This document shows positions 56,588 through 64,000 of a DNA stretch of 64,000 nt, piece after piece. Numbering within the stretch: the first letter of the stretch is position 1; each line of letters begins with the position of its first letter. Below the pieces are notes generated by a model. That model saw nothing but the letters and a program-made list of their open reading frames with translations. It made no database searches and was not told the DNA's origin. Made by a program: the position numbers and the translations under genes. This stretch comes from Candidatus Scalinduaceae bacterium (GTDB lineage: Bacteria > Planctomycetota > Brocadiia > Brocadiales > Scalinduaceae). Where the stretch lies: the NCBI GenBank assembly GCA_046759445.1, contig JBHICG010000003.1:32001-96000 (forward strand), read 5' to 3'.

Positions 56588-56633
56588 ACCTAAATTAAGC
56601 GATTTTCAGAAATCGCTTAATTTAGGTTTTTTT
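56588..56633 (+). terminator. Intrinsic terminator after flgE
   Basis: ACCTAAATTAAGCGATTT/AAATCGCTTAATTTAGGT stem followed by a T-run. Confidence 0.85.
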
Positions 56634-56934
56634 AAAGTATGAGAAGATTTTCAATATGTAAAAAAGCCGTAAAATATCCTTAACACATAATCTGAATATA
56701 TTCTATCATTCAAATTATGGTGTTCTAAAATGGCCTTAAAGGGATTGAGGTTTCGCAAGCATAGGAAGTTTTTACACAAAATGTAGAAATAATTATCTTG
56801 GATTTTACTATAGGAAAAAAATTTAATAGACTATATCTAATTATGCCAACATTGTCATATACCTAGATACTTATAATATAAAGTGTTATAAACAATTTTT
56901 AAAAATAATCTTTTTGTCCGCTTTAAATTAGCTT

Positions 56935-56951
56935 TTGGCACAAATGTAGCG
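56935..56951 (+). promoter_or_regulatory. Sigma54 promoter for flgFGAHIJN
   Basis: TTGGCACAAATGTAGCG, GG-N10-GC. Confidence 0.7.
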
Positions 56952-57020
56952 TAATACAAGAGACATAGCTTTTGTATCATAACAATAAATTCCTACTATA
57001 AGAAAATAGAGAGGTAGAAG

Positions 57021-57740
57021 ATGATTGATAGTATATACGATGTTGCTTCTGGTCTTGATGCTTTCATTAAAAACCAGGAAGTGATAGCAAGGAATATTGC
57101 TAATGCAAACACTGTTGGATTTAAGAAGAGCGTGGTTGATTTTAGCATTATTCTTGAGGAAGTAAATGGAGTAGAGAAAGAGAATATTCAGGCGGAGATC
57201 GGGATTAACTTCTCTGAAGGCAATCTTGAATACACAGGTAATAGTTTAGATATAGCCATTGATGGCGAAGGGTTCTTTACAATTGAGACCGAACAGGGTT
57301 TGAGATATACAAGAAATGGACAATTTAAGCTCTCAGATAGTGGTGAGATAGTAACATTAAGTGGTGGGAAACTGTTGGGAACAGGTGGAACAATATTTGT
57401 ACCCAAAAGTGGCGGAGAGATTACGATAGACAGTAAGGGTATTGTTAAAGCGGGTAATACCGTGATCGGAGAGTTATTGATTACCAACTTTAATCAGCTA
57501 TCCGTACTAACCCCAACAGGTGAAGGTTTATTTGAGGTGCCATTGGCGGCAATGCAGGATCTTGCAGAAGCAAATTTTAAGATTGCACAGGGTTATCTGG
57601 AAAGGTCAAACGTAAATGTAGCTTTGGAAATGATTGATATGATTGCAAATATGAGAAGCTACGAAGCAAGCAGTCAAATCATAAAGTCTTTAAGTGAGTC
57701 TACGGAACAATTGATTAGTAATCAGTTAAATAGTGTCTAG
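57021..57740 (+). CDS. flgF: Basal body rod protein FlgF
   Basis: NIANANTVGFK, DIAIDGEGFF, YTRNG, LERSNV. Precedes flgG. Confidence 0.9.
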   Translation: MIDSIYDVASGLDAFIKNQEVIARNIANANTVGFKKSVVDFSIILEEVNGVEKENIQAEIGINFSEGNLEYTGNSLDIAIDGEGFFTIETEQGLRYTRNGQFKLSDSGEIVTLSGGKLLGTGGTIFVPKSGGEITIDSKGIVKAGNTVIGELLITNFNQLSVLTPTGEGLFEVPLAAMQDLAEANFKIAQGYLERSNVNVALEMIDMIANMRSYEASSQIIKSLSESTEQLISNQLNSV

Positions 57741-57754
57741 AAACTTTTACCCAA

Positions 57755-57831
57755 GTAGCCGCAGGCTTTAGCCTGCGAACATAAATAACGCAACCTCCCT
57801 GTCTACCGACAGGCGTAAAGGTTGCGGTTAC
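57755..57831. repeat. GTAG-type REP doublet (REPIN-like) with a 20-bp nested insert
   Basis: GTAGCCGCAGGCTTTAGCCTGCG...ACGCAACCT[CCCTGTCTACCGACAGGCGT]AAAGGTTGCGGTTAC. Confidence 0.8.
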
Positions 57832-57876
57832 AGAATCGTACATTTTTGATTTTAACAAAGAGGAGAAGAAAAAGCC

Positions 57877-58662
57877 ATGATGAAAGCATTATACACAAGT
57901 GCAACAGGTATGCAGGCACAACAGTTCTTTCTAGATATTGTTTCAAATAATCTTGCTAATGTTAATACAACAGGATTCAAAAGAGTACAGGTCAATTTTC
58001 AGGATTTGCTATATGATAAGAGCATCCCTGCTGGCGCAGAATCTGCTCAAGGACTCCAAATACCAACAGGTTTACAAGTGGGAAGTGGTGTTAGAGTCAT
58101 ATCCACCAATAAAGTTTTTACTCAGGGAGTACCTGAAAATACCGGCAGGTCATTGGACTTAGCTATTCAGGGATCAGGGTTTTTTCAGATGTCGCATCCT
58201 GATGGAAGCACTGTGTATACTCGTGACGGAGCGTTTCAGCTTAACAGTAATGGAGAGATAGTGAATGGTGAAGGTCTTAAACTCGAGCCTGCCATCTCAA
58301 TTCAAGGTGATGTCGTATCCATTAGTATTGGTTCAGATGGGACGGTATCAACTCAGAGCTCAACTGGAAGTGTTCAATCTGCAGGGCAAATAACTCTGGC
58401 ATCATTCCCGAACCCTGCAGGGCTTGAAAGTATAGGGCGTAATCTTTACCGAGAGACAACTGCATCTTCCAGCCCGCAAACGGGTACACCGGGGCAAAAT
58501 GGCATTGGTGAGATTATACAGGGATTTCTAGAAAGTTCAAATGTTCAGGTTGTAACTGAAATGGTAAACCTTATTGTTGCACAAAGGGCATACGAAATAA
58601 GCTCAAAGGCAATTAAGGCCAGTGACGAAATGTTATCAATAACTAATCGACTCATTAATTAG
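57877..58662 (+). CDS. flgG: Distal rod protein FlgG
   Basis: ALYTSATGM.AQQ, FQDLLY, GLQVGSGV, QRAYE. Confidence 0.97.
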   Translation: MMKALYTSATGMQAQQFFLDIVSNNLANVNTTGFKRVQVNFQDLLYDKSIPAGAESAQGLQIPTGLQVGSGVRVISTNKVFTQGVPENTGRSLDLAIQGSGFFQMSHPDGSTVYTRDGAFQLNSNGEIVNGEGLKLEPAISIQGDVVSISIGSDGTVSTQSSTGSVQSAGQITLASFPNPAGLESIGRNLYRETTASSSPQTGTPGQNGIGEIIQGFLESSNVQVVTEMVNLIVAQRAYEISSKAIKASDEMLSITNRLIN

Positions 58663-58736
58663 TATCTGTAGCGGAAACTAATTAACAAAAAGTCGTTCGA
58701 ATCTCCATCTAATTATTTAAAAAAGGAGTTTGAAAA

Positions 58737-59708
58737 ATGAGAGCTATAAAATCAGTATATTTGGTTTTGTTTACGTTTGTGTTTGTTCATATTGCTTTAG
58801 CAGATCAAATTGAAATAAACATTAAGGATAAAGTCACTCTTAAAGAAAAAACAATAACAATTAGTGACATCTCAACAGTTGTTGGTGATGACGTTGCACT
58901 CGTCAACAGGATTAATAATATAGAAATTGGAAGAACACCATGGCCAAATAATCAAAGAAGGATAGGTGCGGAATATATGATGATGCGTCTTAGGGCATTA
59001 AACATCAATTTGTCGGATATTATTTTCAAAGGAGCCAAGGCGGTTATAGTTTCGGTCGAATCGACAAAAATAACTGGTGCAGAAATTGCACAAAAAGCAA
59101 AGGAGTATTTGTTATCTGTTATAACATCAAAGGATAGAGAAACAATCATAGAGTTGGTAAGAATACCCGGTGATCAATGGGTGACAAAAAGAAGGGACGA
59201 GATTGTTCTCAGTGTATCTCTTGCAGATAATAGTAAAAATAGAGGCAATATAGAGGTAATAGTTAGTGCCCCTTCGGACGATATTCCTTTTTTCAAAATA
59301 CCTGTGTTTTTTAAAGTCAGGGTGTTCGAAAACGTTGCCATTGCAAAGAGGAGGATAAATAGTCGCCAGCCCTTAACTAGTGAGAACGTGTTTTTAGGCA
59401 AAAGAGAGACTACAGAAACAAGGGGTTTAGCCTATTCCAGCTTGGAGGATTTAGTGGATAAGGTGGCAATCCGAACAATTCTCCCAAATACTATAATTAC
59501 AGAGGAAATACTTGAAACACCTCCGGCAATAAAAAGGGGTAATGTAGTGAAATTATTTATAAAAGCTGATAATTTTAGTATCATCACCAAGGGGTTGGCA
59601 CAGGAAACTGGATATACTGGTGAAGTGATAAAGTTCAAGAATTTAGATACAGAAAAGGTAATTTACGGTAAAATTATAGATTCTGAGAACGTCCAGATAG
59701 TATTTTAA
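58737..59708 (+). CDS. flgA: P-ring chaperone FlgA
   Basis: Signal peptide, SAF-like C-terminus IKRGNVV...G.A.E.G..GE.I..KN. Synteny. Confidence 0.9.
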   Translation: MRAIKSVYLVLFTFVFVHIALADQIEINIKDKVTLKEKTITISDISTVVGDDVALVNRINNIEIGRTPWPNNQRRIGAEYMMMRLRALNINLSDIIFKGAKAVIVSVESTKITGAEIAQKAKEYLLSVITSKDRETIIELVRIPGDQWVTKRRDEIVLSVSLADNSKNRGNIEVIVSAPSDDIPFFKIPVFFKVRVFENVAIAKRRINSRQPLTSENVFLGKRETTETRGLAYSSLEDLVDKVAIRTILPNTIITEEILETPPAIKRGNVVKLFIKADNFSIITKGLAQETGYTGEVIKFKNLDTEKVIYGKIIDSENVQIVF

Positions 59709-59787
59709 TCCCCCCCCCACTTCTTGCCCCCAATGCTTTCTTGTGGAAGCAAGGAATGGGGGCAGCGGGGGTGAATAAGCGGAATTT
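59707..59787. repeat. Nested palindromic element (same-family copy inside another) at the flgA stop
   Basis: CCCCACTTCTTGC[CCCCAATGCTTTCTTGTGGAAGCAAGGAATGGGG]GCAGCGGGG. Confidence 0.85.
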
Positions 59788-59820
59788 ATTTAAGTCATTT
59801 ACTATAAAAAAGGAACTAAA

Positions 59821-60480
59821 ATGTTTAGATTAAGTTTTATTCTCATCGTCAGTCTTATTTTAAATACAGGTTTATTTACTTCAAAGGGTTCCCTTTTTGC
59901 TGATTCATTATGGAAGAGAAGAGTTACCATAAACTATAATCTCTTCGATGACAATAGAGGTAAAAGGATTGGAGATATTGTTACCGTAATAGTAGTCGAA
60001 GAGACCAGTATAGACAATGATGAGAGCTCCTCCACAAATAATGAAAACAAATTATCTGGAGAAATTAATAATAATGCATTCTTACGTGGAATACAATCTG
60101 GAATAACAAAAGGGCGAAATGCAAAATTTAGTCCAAGACCTGCTAATAGTGTTTCTGGTGATTTCTCACAGGAATTTAGTGGTAAAGGTACCTATGAAAG
60201 TGTAAGGAAGATAAATCTGAGGCTTACGGCAATGGTAGTAGAAGTGCTTGATAACGGTAATCTGCTTCTTGAAGGTAAAAGGGAAGTAGACGTTAATAAG
60301 GAAAAATACAACTTGAAACTCACTGGTATAGCCAGACCAATCGACATAGGTACAGACAACACAATATTATCAACCCAGATGTCAAACGTAAACTTTGGAC
60401 TTGAAGGAAAAGGATGGTTAACCAGGGCAGGGAAAAAGGGTTGGTTTAATAGGGTAAGAGATATCTTCTGGCCATTCTAA
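59821..60480 (+). CDS. flgH: L-ring protein FlgH
   Basis: LFDD.R...IGDIVTV, VVEVL.NGNL..EG, GIARP.DI...N, GW.....WPF. Confidence 0.93.
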   Translation: MFRLSFILIVSLILNTGLFTSKGSLFADSLWKRRVTINYNLFDDNRGKRIGDIVTVIVVEETSIDNDESSSTNNENKLSGEINNNAFLRGIQSGITKGRNAKFSPRPANSVSGDFSQEFSGKGTYESVRKINLRLTAMVVEVLDNGNLLLEGKREVDVNKEKYNLKLTGIARPIDIGTDNTILSTQMSNVNFGLEGKGWLTRAGKKGWFNRVRDIFWPF

Positions 60481-60520
60481 CGTTTCCTAATTCCTATAAC
60501 ATATTGAGAATAATGAGATT

Positions 60521-61729
60521 TTGATGCAGATGTCTATTACTTCACACAACAATTGCGGATTGCAGATTGCAGATTGCAGAAAGAAAATCCGAAATTTAAA
60601 GAATATGCTTCGTTGCCTTTTGCACATTATAGTATTAATCGTAACTTATTCTTCCTTTTCAAACACATATGTCCACGGGAGTATAACAAGTCGAGTAAAG
60701 GACATTGCGTATGTTCAGGGTGTTAGAGATAACTATTTATTTGGTTATGGCCTTGTAGTTGGCTTGCAGAGAACGGGAGACAAAACTACCTTTACCTTTA
60801 CGAGGCAGTTGGCTAAAAATATCTTTGAAAAGCTTGGTGTGATTACGACTAGTTCTGCCTTTGACTCAGACAATATAGCAGCAGTGCTCATTACAGCAAA
60901 GGTTCACTCGTTTGCCAAATCCGGTGATAGAATAGATGTTCTTGTATCCTCCATTGGTGACGCAAAAAGCCTGGAAGGTGGTGTACTCGTTCATACCACC
61001 CTTCAGGGGATTGATAATGAGGTATATGCAGTTGCTCAAGGTCCGCTATCCATCGGTGGTTTTAATGTTAGTGGGGCTGCAGAGCAAACAAGAAAAAATA
61101 TTGCTACAACAGCACATATTCCACGAGGTGCACTTATAGAAAAAGAAATACCCGTTCACGTATTTTTTGGCAATGCAATCAGATTGAGTTTAAATGATAC
61201 GGATTTTACAACGGCCCAGCGTTTAATGAATGTCGTCAATACTAAATATCCGGGTTCTTCCCAGGCCATCAGTGCCGCAGAGGTAGAGATAATACCTCCT
61301 CAAGAATTTCGAGCAATAGACAGGATAACACAGTTTATTTCACAAATTGAAGAACTGACGGTTATACCAGATTCCATTGCACGTATTATTATCAACGAAA
61401 GGACAGGTACAATTGTGGCAGGGGAGAATGTCAGGATTTCAACAGTGGCGGTAGCGCATGGTAATCTAACAATTACCATTAGCGAAAGGCAGGAGGCATC
61501 CCAACCAGGTCCGTTTGCTCCAACAAGCGCAACTACAGAAGTGCTCGATCGTACAAATGTTGAAGTTGAAGAGGAAGAAGCAAAACTACACGTTATACCT
61601 GATGGAGTAAGCATTTCTGAAATAGCTCGCGCATTAAATGTGCTTGGGGTGACACCAAGAGATATGATTTCTATTTTTCAGGCAATTAAGAAGGCAGGCG
61701 CCCTTCATGCAGAACTCGTAATAATGTAA
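60521..61729 (+). CDS. flgI: P-ring protein FlgI (true start possibly ATG at 60605)
   Basis: RVKDI...GVRDN.L.GYGLVVGL..TGD, NERTGTIV, KAGALHAEL. Confidence 0.96.
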   Translation: MMQMSITSHNNCGLQIADCRKKIRNLKNMLRCLLHIIVLIVTYSSFSNTYVHGSITSRVKDIAYVQGVRDNYLFGYGLVVGLQRTGDKTTFTFTRQLAKNIFEKLGVITTSSAFDSDNIAAVLITAKVHSFAKSGDRIDVLVSSIGDAKSLEGGVLVHTTLQGIDNEVYAVAQGPLSIGGFNVSGAAEQTRKNIATTAHIPRGALIEKEIPVHVFFGNAIRLSLNDTDFTTAQRLMNVVNTKYPGSSQAISAAEVEIIPPQEFRAIDRITQFISQIEELTVIPDSIARIIINERTGTIVAGENVRISTVAVAHGNLTITISERQEASQPGPFAPTSATTEVLDRTNVEVEEEEAKLHVIPDGVSISEIARALNVLGVTPRDMISIFQAIKKAGALHAELVIM

Positions 61730-61978
61730 TACTTTAATAATACATGAGCATTTCCTAACCCGAACGAGTTGGAAACGGAGTTAAGGCTTTAGCCTTTTAT
61801 ACTTGCAATTAATTAAAACCCTGAAGGGTAAACTCCCTGTTGGGATTCGGATTCCCTACGCCGGCAGGCAGATAGCCTTTTATGTTGAAAAATTATTTTT
61901 TGCCAAAACTTGTCCCTGTATGTTTTGAACAGGGATTGGTCAAAATATTTTTGGTAAGAAATTAATCGGGAGAAATTA

Positions 61979-62287
61979 GTGGATATACCATTTGATAGTG
62001 AATTTGTAATAAATTTTGCAAAAACAGAAAATGCAAAGGATATTTTAAAAAACAATCTTAAGTCTTCGTACGAAATTGAGAAGGCAACACAAGATTTTGA
62101 GGCTATATTATTAAATATGTTAATCCAGGCAATGTGGAAAACAATACCAGAGTCTGGATTATTTGAGAAAAACAGTTCGACCCAAATTTATGAGGGGATA
62201 ATTCAATCAGCGCTTTCGGAGGAGATAGCCAGAGGCGGTGGTTTGGGTATAGGAAAGATTATATACCAACAAATTAGTAAAGAATAA
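61979..62287 (+). CDS. flgJ: Single-domain FlgJ (rod-binding, no muramidase)
   Basis: A.QDFEAI....L...M.KT.P, GGGLGI...IYQQ. Confidence 0.88.
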   Translation: MDIPFDSEFVINFAKTENAKDILKNNLKSSYEIEKATQDFEAILLNMLIQAMWKTIPESGLFEKNSSTQIYEGIIQSALSEEIARGGGLGIGKIIYQQISKE

Positions 62288-62303
62288 ATCCCCTTTAATA
62301 AAG

Positions 62304-62843
62304 GTGGATTTTGGGAATTCAATTTTATATGGAGAAATTACCTTGGAAAACCTGATACAGAATCTGACTGAAACATTAGGTGAGATGGTCAAAATATATA
62401 AAGATATCCTTCAAACTGCACTGGAAAAAAAGAAACATATATTTTCTGGAGATATTGACAAACTTGAAGCAGTCATTTATCGAGAGCGTAACCTTGCAGA
62501 AAACATTCTTCTTCTGGAAGAAAAAAGAAGATACATAATGCAGTCAATAAGCCAGACTATTGGAGATATTCATACTCTTCCAACCCTTCGTGAATTCATA
62601 GAACAGATTCGAGAACCTTATAAGGATAAACTAAAAAAACAGTATGATGAAATCTCAGACGTAATCATGAAGGTTGAGGATGTCAATAGAACCAACACAA
62701 CACTTACAAAGTATTCACTGGAATTTGTGAATAATCTTATAAAATCTATATGCTCAGAATCGCTTAACGACTCTGTTTATCAACAATCTGGTAAATTAAA
62801 GGGACCTGAACTTAAGAGATTATTATTTGAGCTAAGTGCGTAG
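62304..62843 (+). CDS. flgN: Export chaperone FlgN
   Basis: Helical, N..N..L...SL, Y...G and LFELSA C-terminus. Precedes flgK. Confidence 0.82.
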   Translation: MDFGNSILYGEITLENLIQNLTETLGEMVKIYKDILQTALEKKKHIFSGDIDKLEAVIYRERNLAENILLLEEKRRYIMQSISQTIGDIHTLPTLREFIEQIREPYKDKLKKQYDEISDVIMKVEDVNRTNTTLTKYSLEFVNNLIKSICSESLNDSVYQQSGKLKGPELKRLLFELSA

Positions 62844-62925
62844 ATGTTTTGATTAGTACCTGTTACGGAAAGCTAAAATACCTAAAAATGTCAGGGTGAC
62901 AAAATCGCGTTTCCGCAACAGGTAC

Positions 62926-62952
62926 TAAAGAATTATACTTTCTAACCGAAAA
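62926..62952 (+). promoter_or_regulatory. Candidate sigma28 promoter for flgK
   Basis: TAAA-N15-ACCGAAAA. Confidence 0.5.
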
Positions 62953-63030
62953 TATCTAATATCTAAAGGTTTATTAAATATTAGATAAATATCCTGATAA
63001 CTTTTATAAACACATTAGAGAGATAGAAAC

Positions 63031-64000
63031 ATGGCACAGTCAAATCTGTCAATTGGTTTAACAGGATTATTGGTTGCCCAACGGGCACTACAAACCGCAG
63101 GGCATAATGTTGCTAATGCAAATACACCCGGATATAGCAGACAAATAGTTTCTGTTAGTGCCAGGGATCCACAAATAACTCCGTTTGGCCTTGTCGGCCA
63201 GGGAGTTACAATAGATCAAATAAGAAGGATAAAAGATGAGCTAATGGAGTCTCAAATAAGGAATCAAACGTCGTTGCTTGGAAGTTCTGGAATACAGAGT
63301 AACTCACTTCAGAATCTGCAAGTCTTTTTTAATGAACTATCTAGCTCTAGTTTAAGTAGCACATTAGATAAATTTTTTCAGAGTGTACAAGATTTATCCA
63401 CAAACCCAGAACTTATCAGTAGTAGAAATCAACTATTACAAGATAGTATAAATCTGGTTAATACTATTAATTTACTGGATGAACAGTTTAAGCAGCTACA
63501 GTTCGATGCCAGCAAACAGATTATCACGAAGGTAGCGGATTTAAACAGTATCACAAGTGAAATTGCAATGTTAAATGGTAGAATAACTTCATTAGAGATA
63601 ACTAACGGCAATGCAAACGATTTGAGGGATAAAAGAGACGCTCTTCTGATTAGATTAAGCAAGTTAGCTGACATTCAAATAACAGAGAATGGCATAGGTT
63701 CTATAAACGTCTTACTCGGTGGAACATTAGTCGTAAACGACAATCGTTCAGAAGAACTTTTTACAACAACTGTTGGACAGGGAACAGTTAGAATAAATGG
63801 AATAGCAACAGTTAATGGTGGTGAATTAAAGGGTCTATTAGATATTCAAAATATAACAATTCCTAAATATATGCAAAGGCTGAATACACTGGCTGCCAGT
63901 ATTATCAAGGAAGTAAATAATATTCACAGTGAAGGTTTGGGATTAGGAGGAGGGTTTACGTCTCTAACCAGTACTATTGCCGTTAATAATCCTGATGACC
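63031..64000 (+). CDS. flgK: Hook-associated protein FlgK (3' truncated by the window)
   Basis: ATG at 63031: MAQSNLSIGLTGLLVAQRALQTAGHNVANANTPGYSRQ; later NDLRDKRD. Confidence 0.95.
   Translation, partial: MAQSNLSIGLTGLLVAQRALQTAGHNVANANTPGYSRQIVSVSARDPQITPFGLVGQGVTIDQIRRIKDELMESQIRNQTSLLGSSGIQSNSLQNLQVFFNELSSSSLSSTLDKFFQSVQDLSTNPELISSRNQLLQDSINLVNTINLLDEQFKQLQFDASKQIITKVADLNSITSEIAMLNGRITSLEITNGNANDLRDKRDALLIRLSKLADIQITENGIGSINVLLGGTLVVNDNRSEELFTTTVGQGTVRINGIATVNGGELKGLLDIQNITIPKYMQRLNTLAASIIKEVNNIHSEGLGLGGGFTSLTSTIAVNNPDD

Noticed and set aside
60521..60604. N-terminal extension of FlgI (CGLQIADCR)
   Set aside because: It derives from GATTGCA tandem repeats. The signal-peptide-like sequence begins at ATG 60605.
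27200..62928. CRISPR array
   Set aside because: Repeats are dispersed, heterogeneous hairpins with no regular repeat-spacer period, and there are no cas genes.
96..63674. Numerous short antisense or alternate-frame ORFs overlapping flagellar and GT genes
   Set aside because: Shadow ORFs of well-supported genes with no independent motifs.

Overview
AT-rich bacterial window occupied almost entirely by one flagellar supercluster. The block 1-15.7 kb holds fliI-fliJ-(MotE/FlbB-like)-motA-motB-motB2-fliLMN-fliOPQR-flhBAF-fliA. The block 16-25 kb is a c-di-GMP island with five HD-GYP genes, one REC-GGDEF gene and a glucosylglycerate-synthase-like GT. On the minus strand, fliT-like/fliS/fliD/fliC (26-33 kb) lie next to an eight-gene TPR-glycosyltransferase/methyltransferase island (33.5-49.5 kb). 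The window ends with two lipoproteins, fliK-flgDE and flgFGAHIJN-flgK (partial). flgH/flgI indicate a diderm. Gene style and repeats suggest an anammox-type Planctomycetota (Brocadiales/Scalindua-like), but that is inference only. Sigma54 (-24/-12) and sigma28 promoters are readable in the sequence. Most notable: (1) many short GC-rich palindromic elements that nest inside each other and insert in frame into proteins (FlhF, the 1403-aa GT) or supply stop codons; (2) an exostosin/EXT1-like GT47 enzyme sharing a C-terminal module with two other GTs; (3) a second MotB lacking the essential Asp; (4) a four-helix-bundle gene bracketed by octamer tandem repeats; (5) a probable non-AUG start for fliL; (6) a degenerate FlhF with no adjacent flhG; (7) a long fliC leader with CsrA-type sites.
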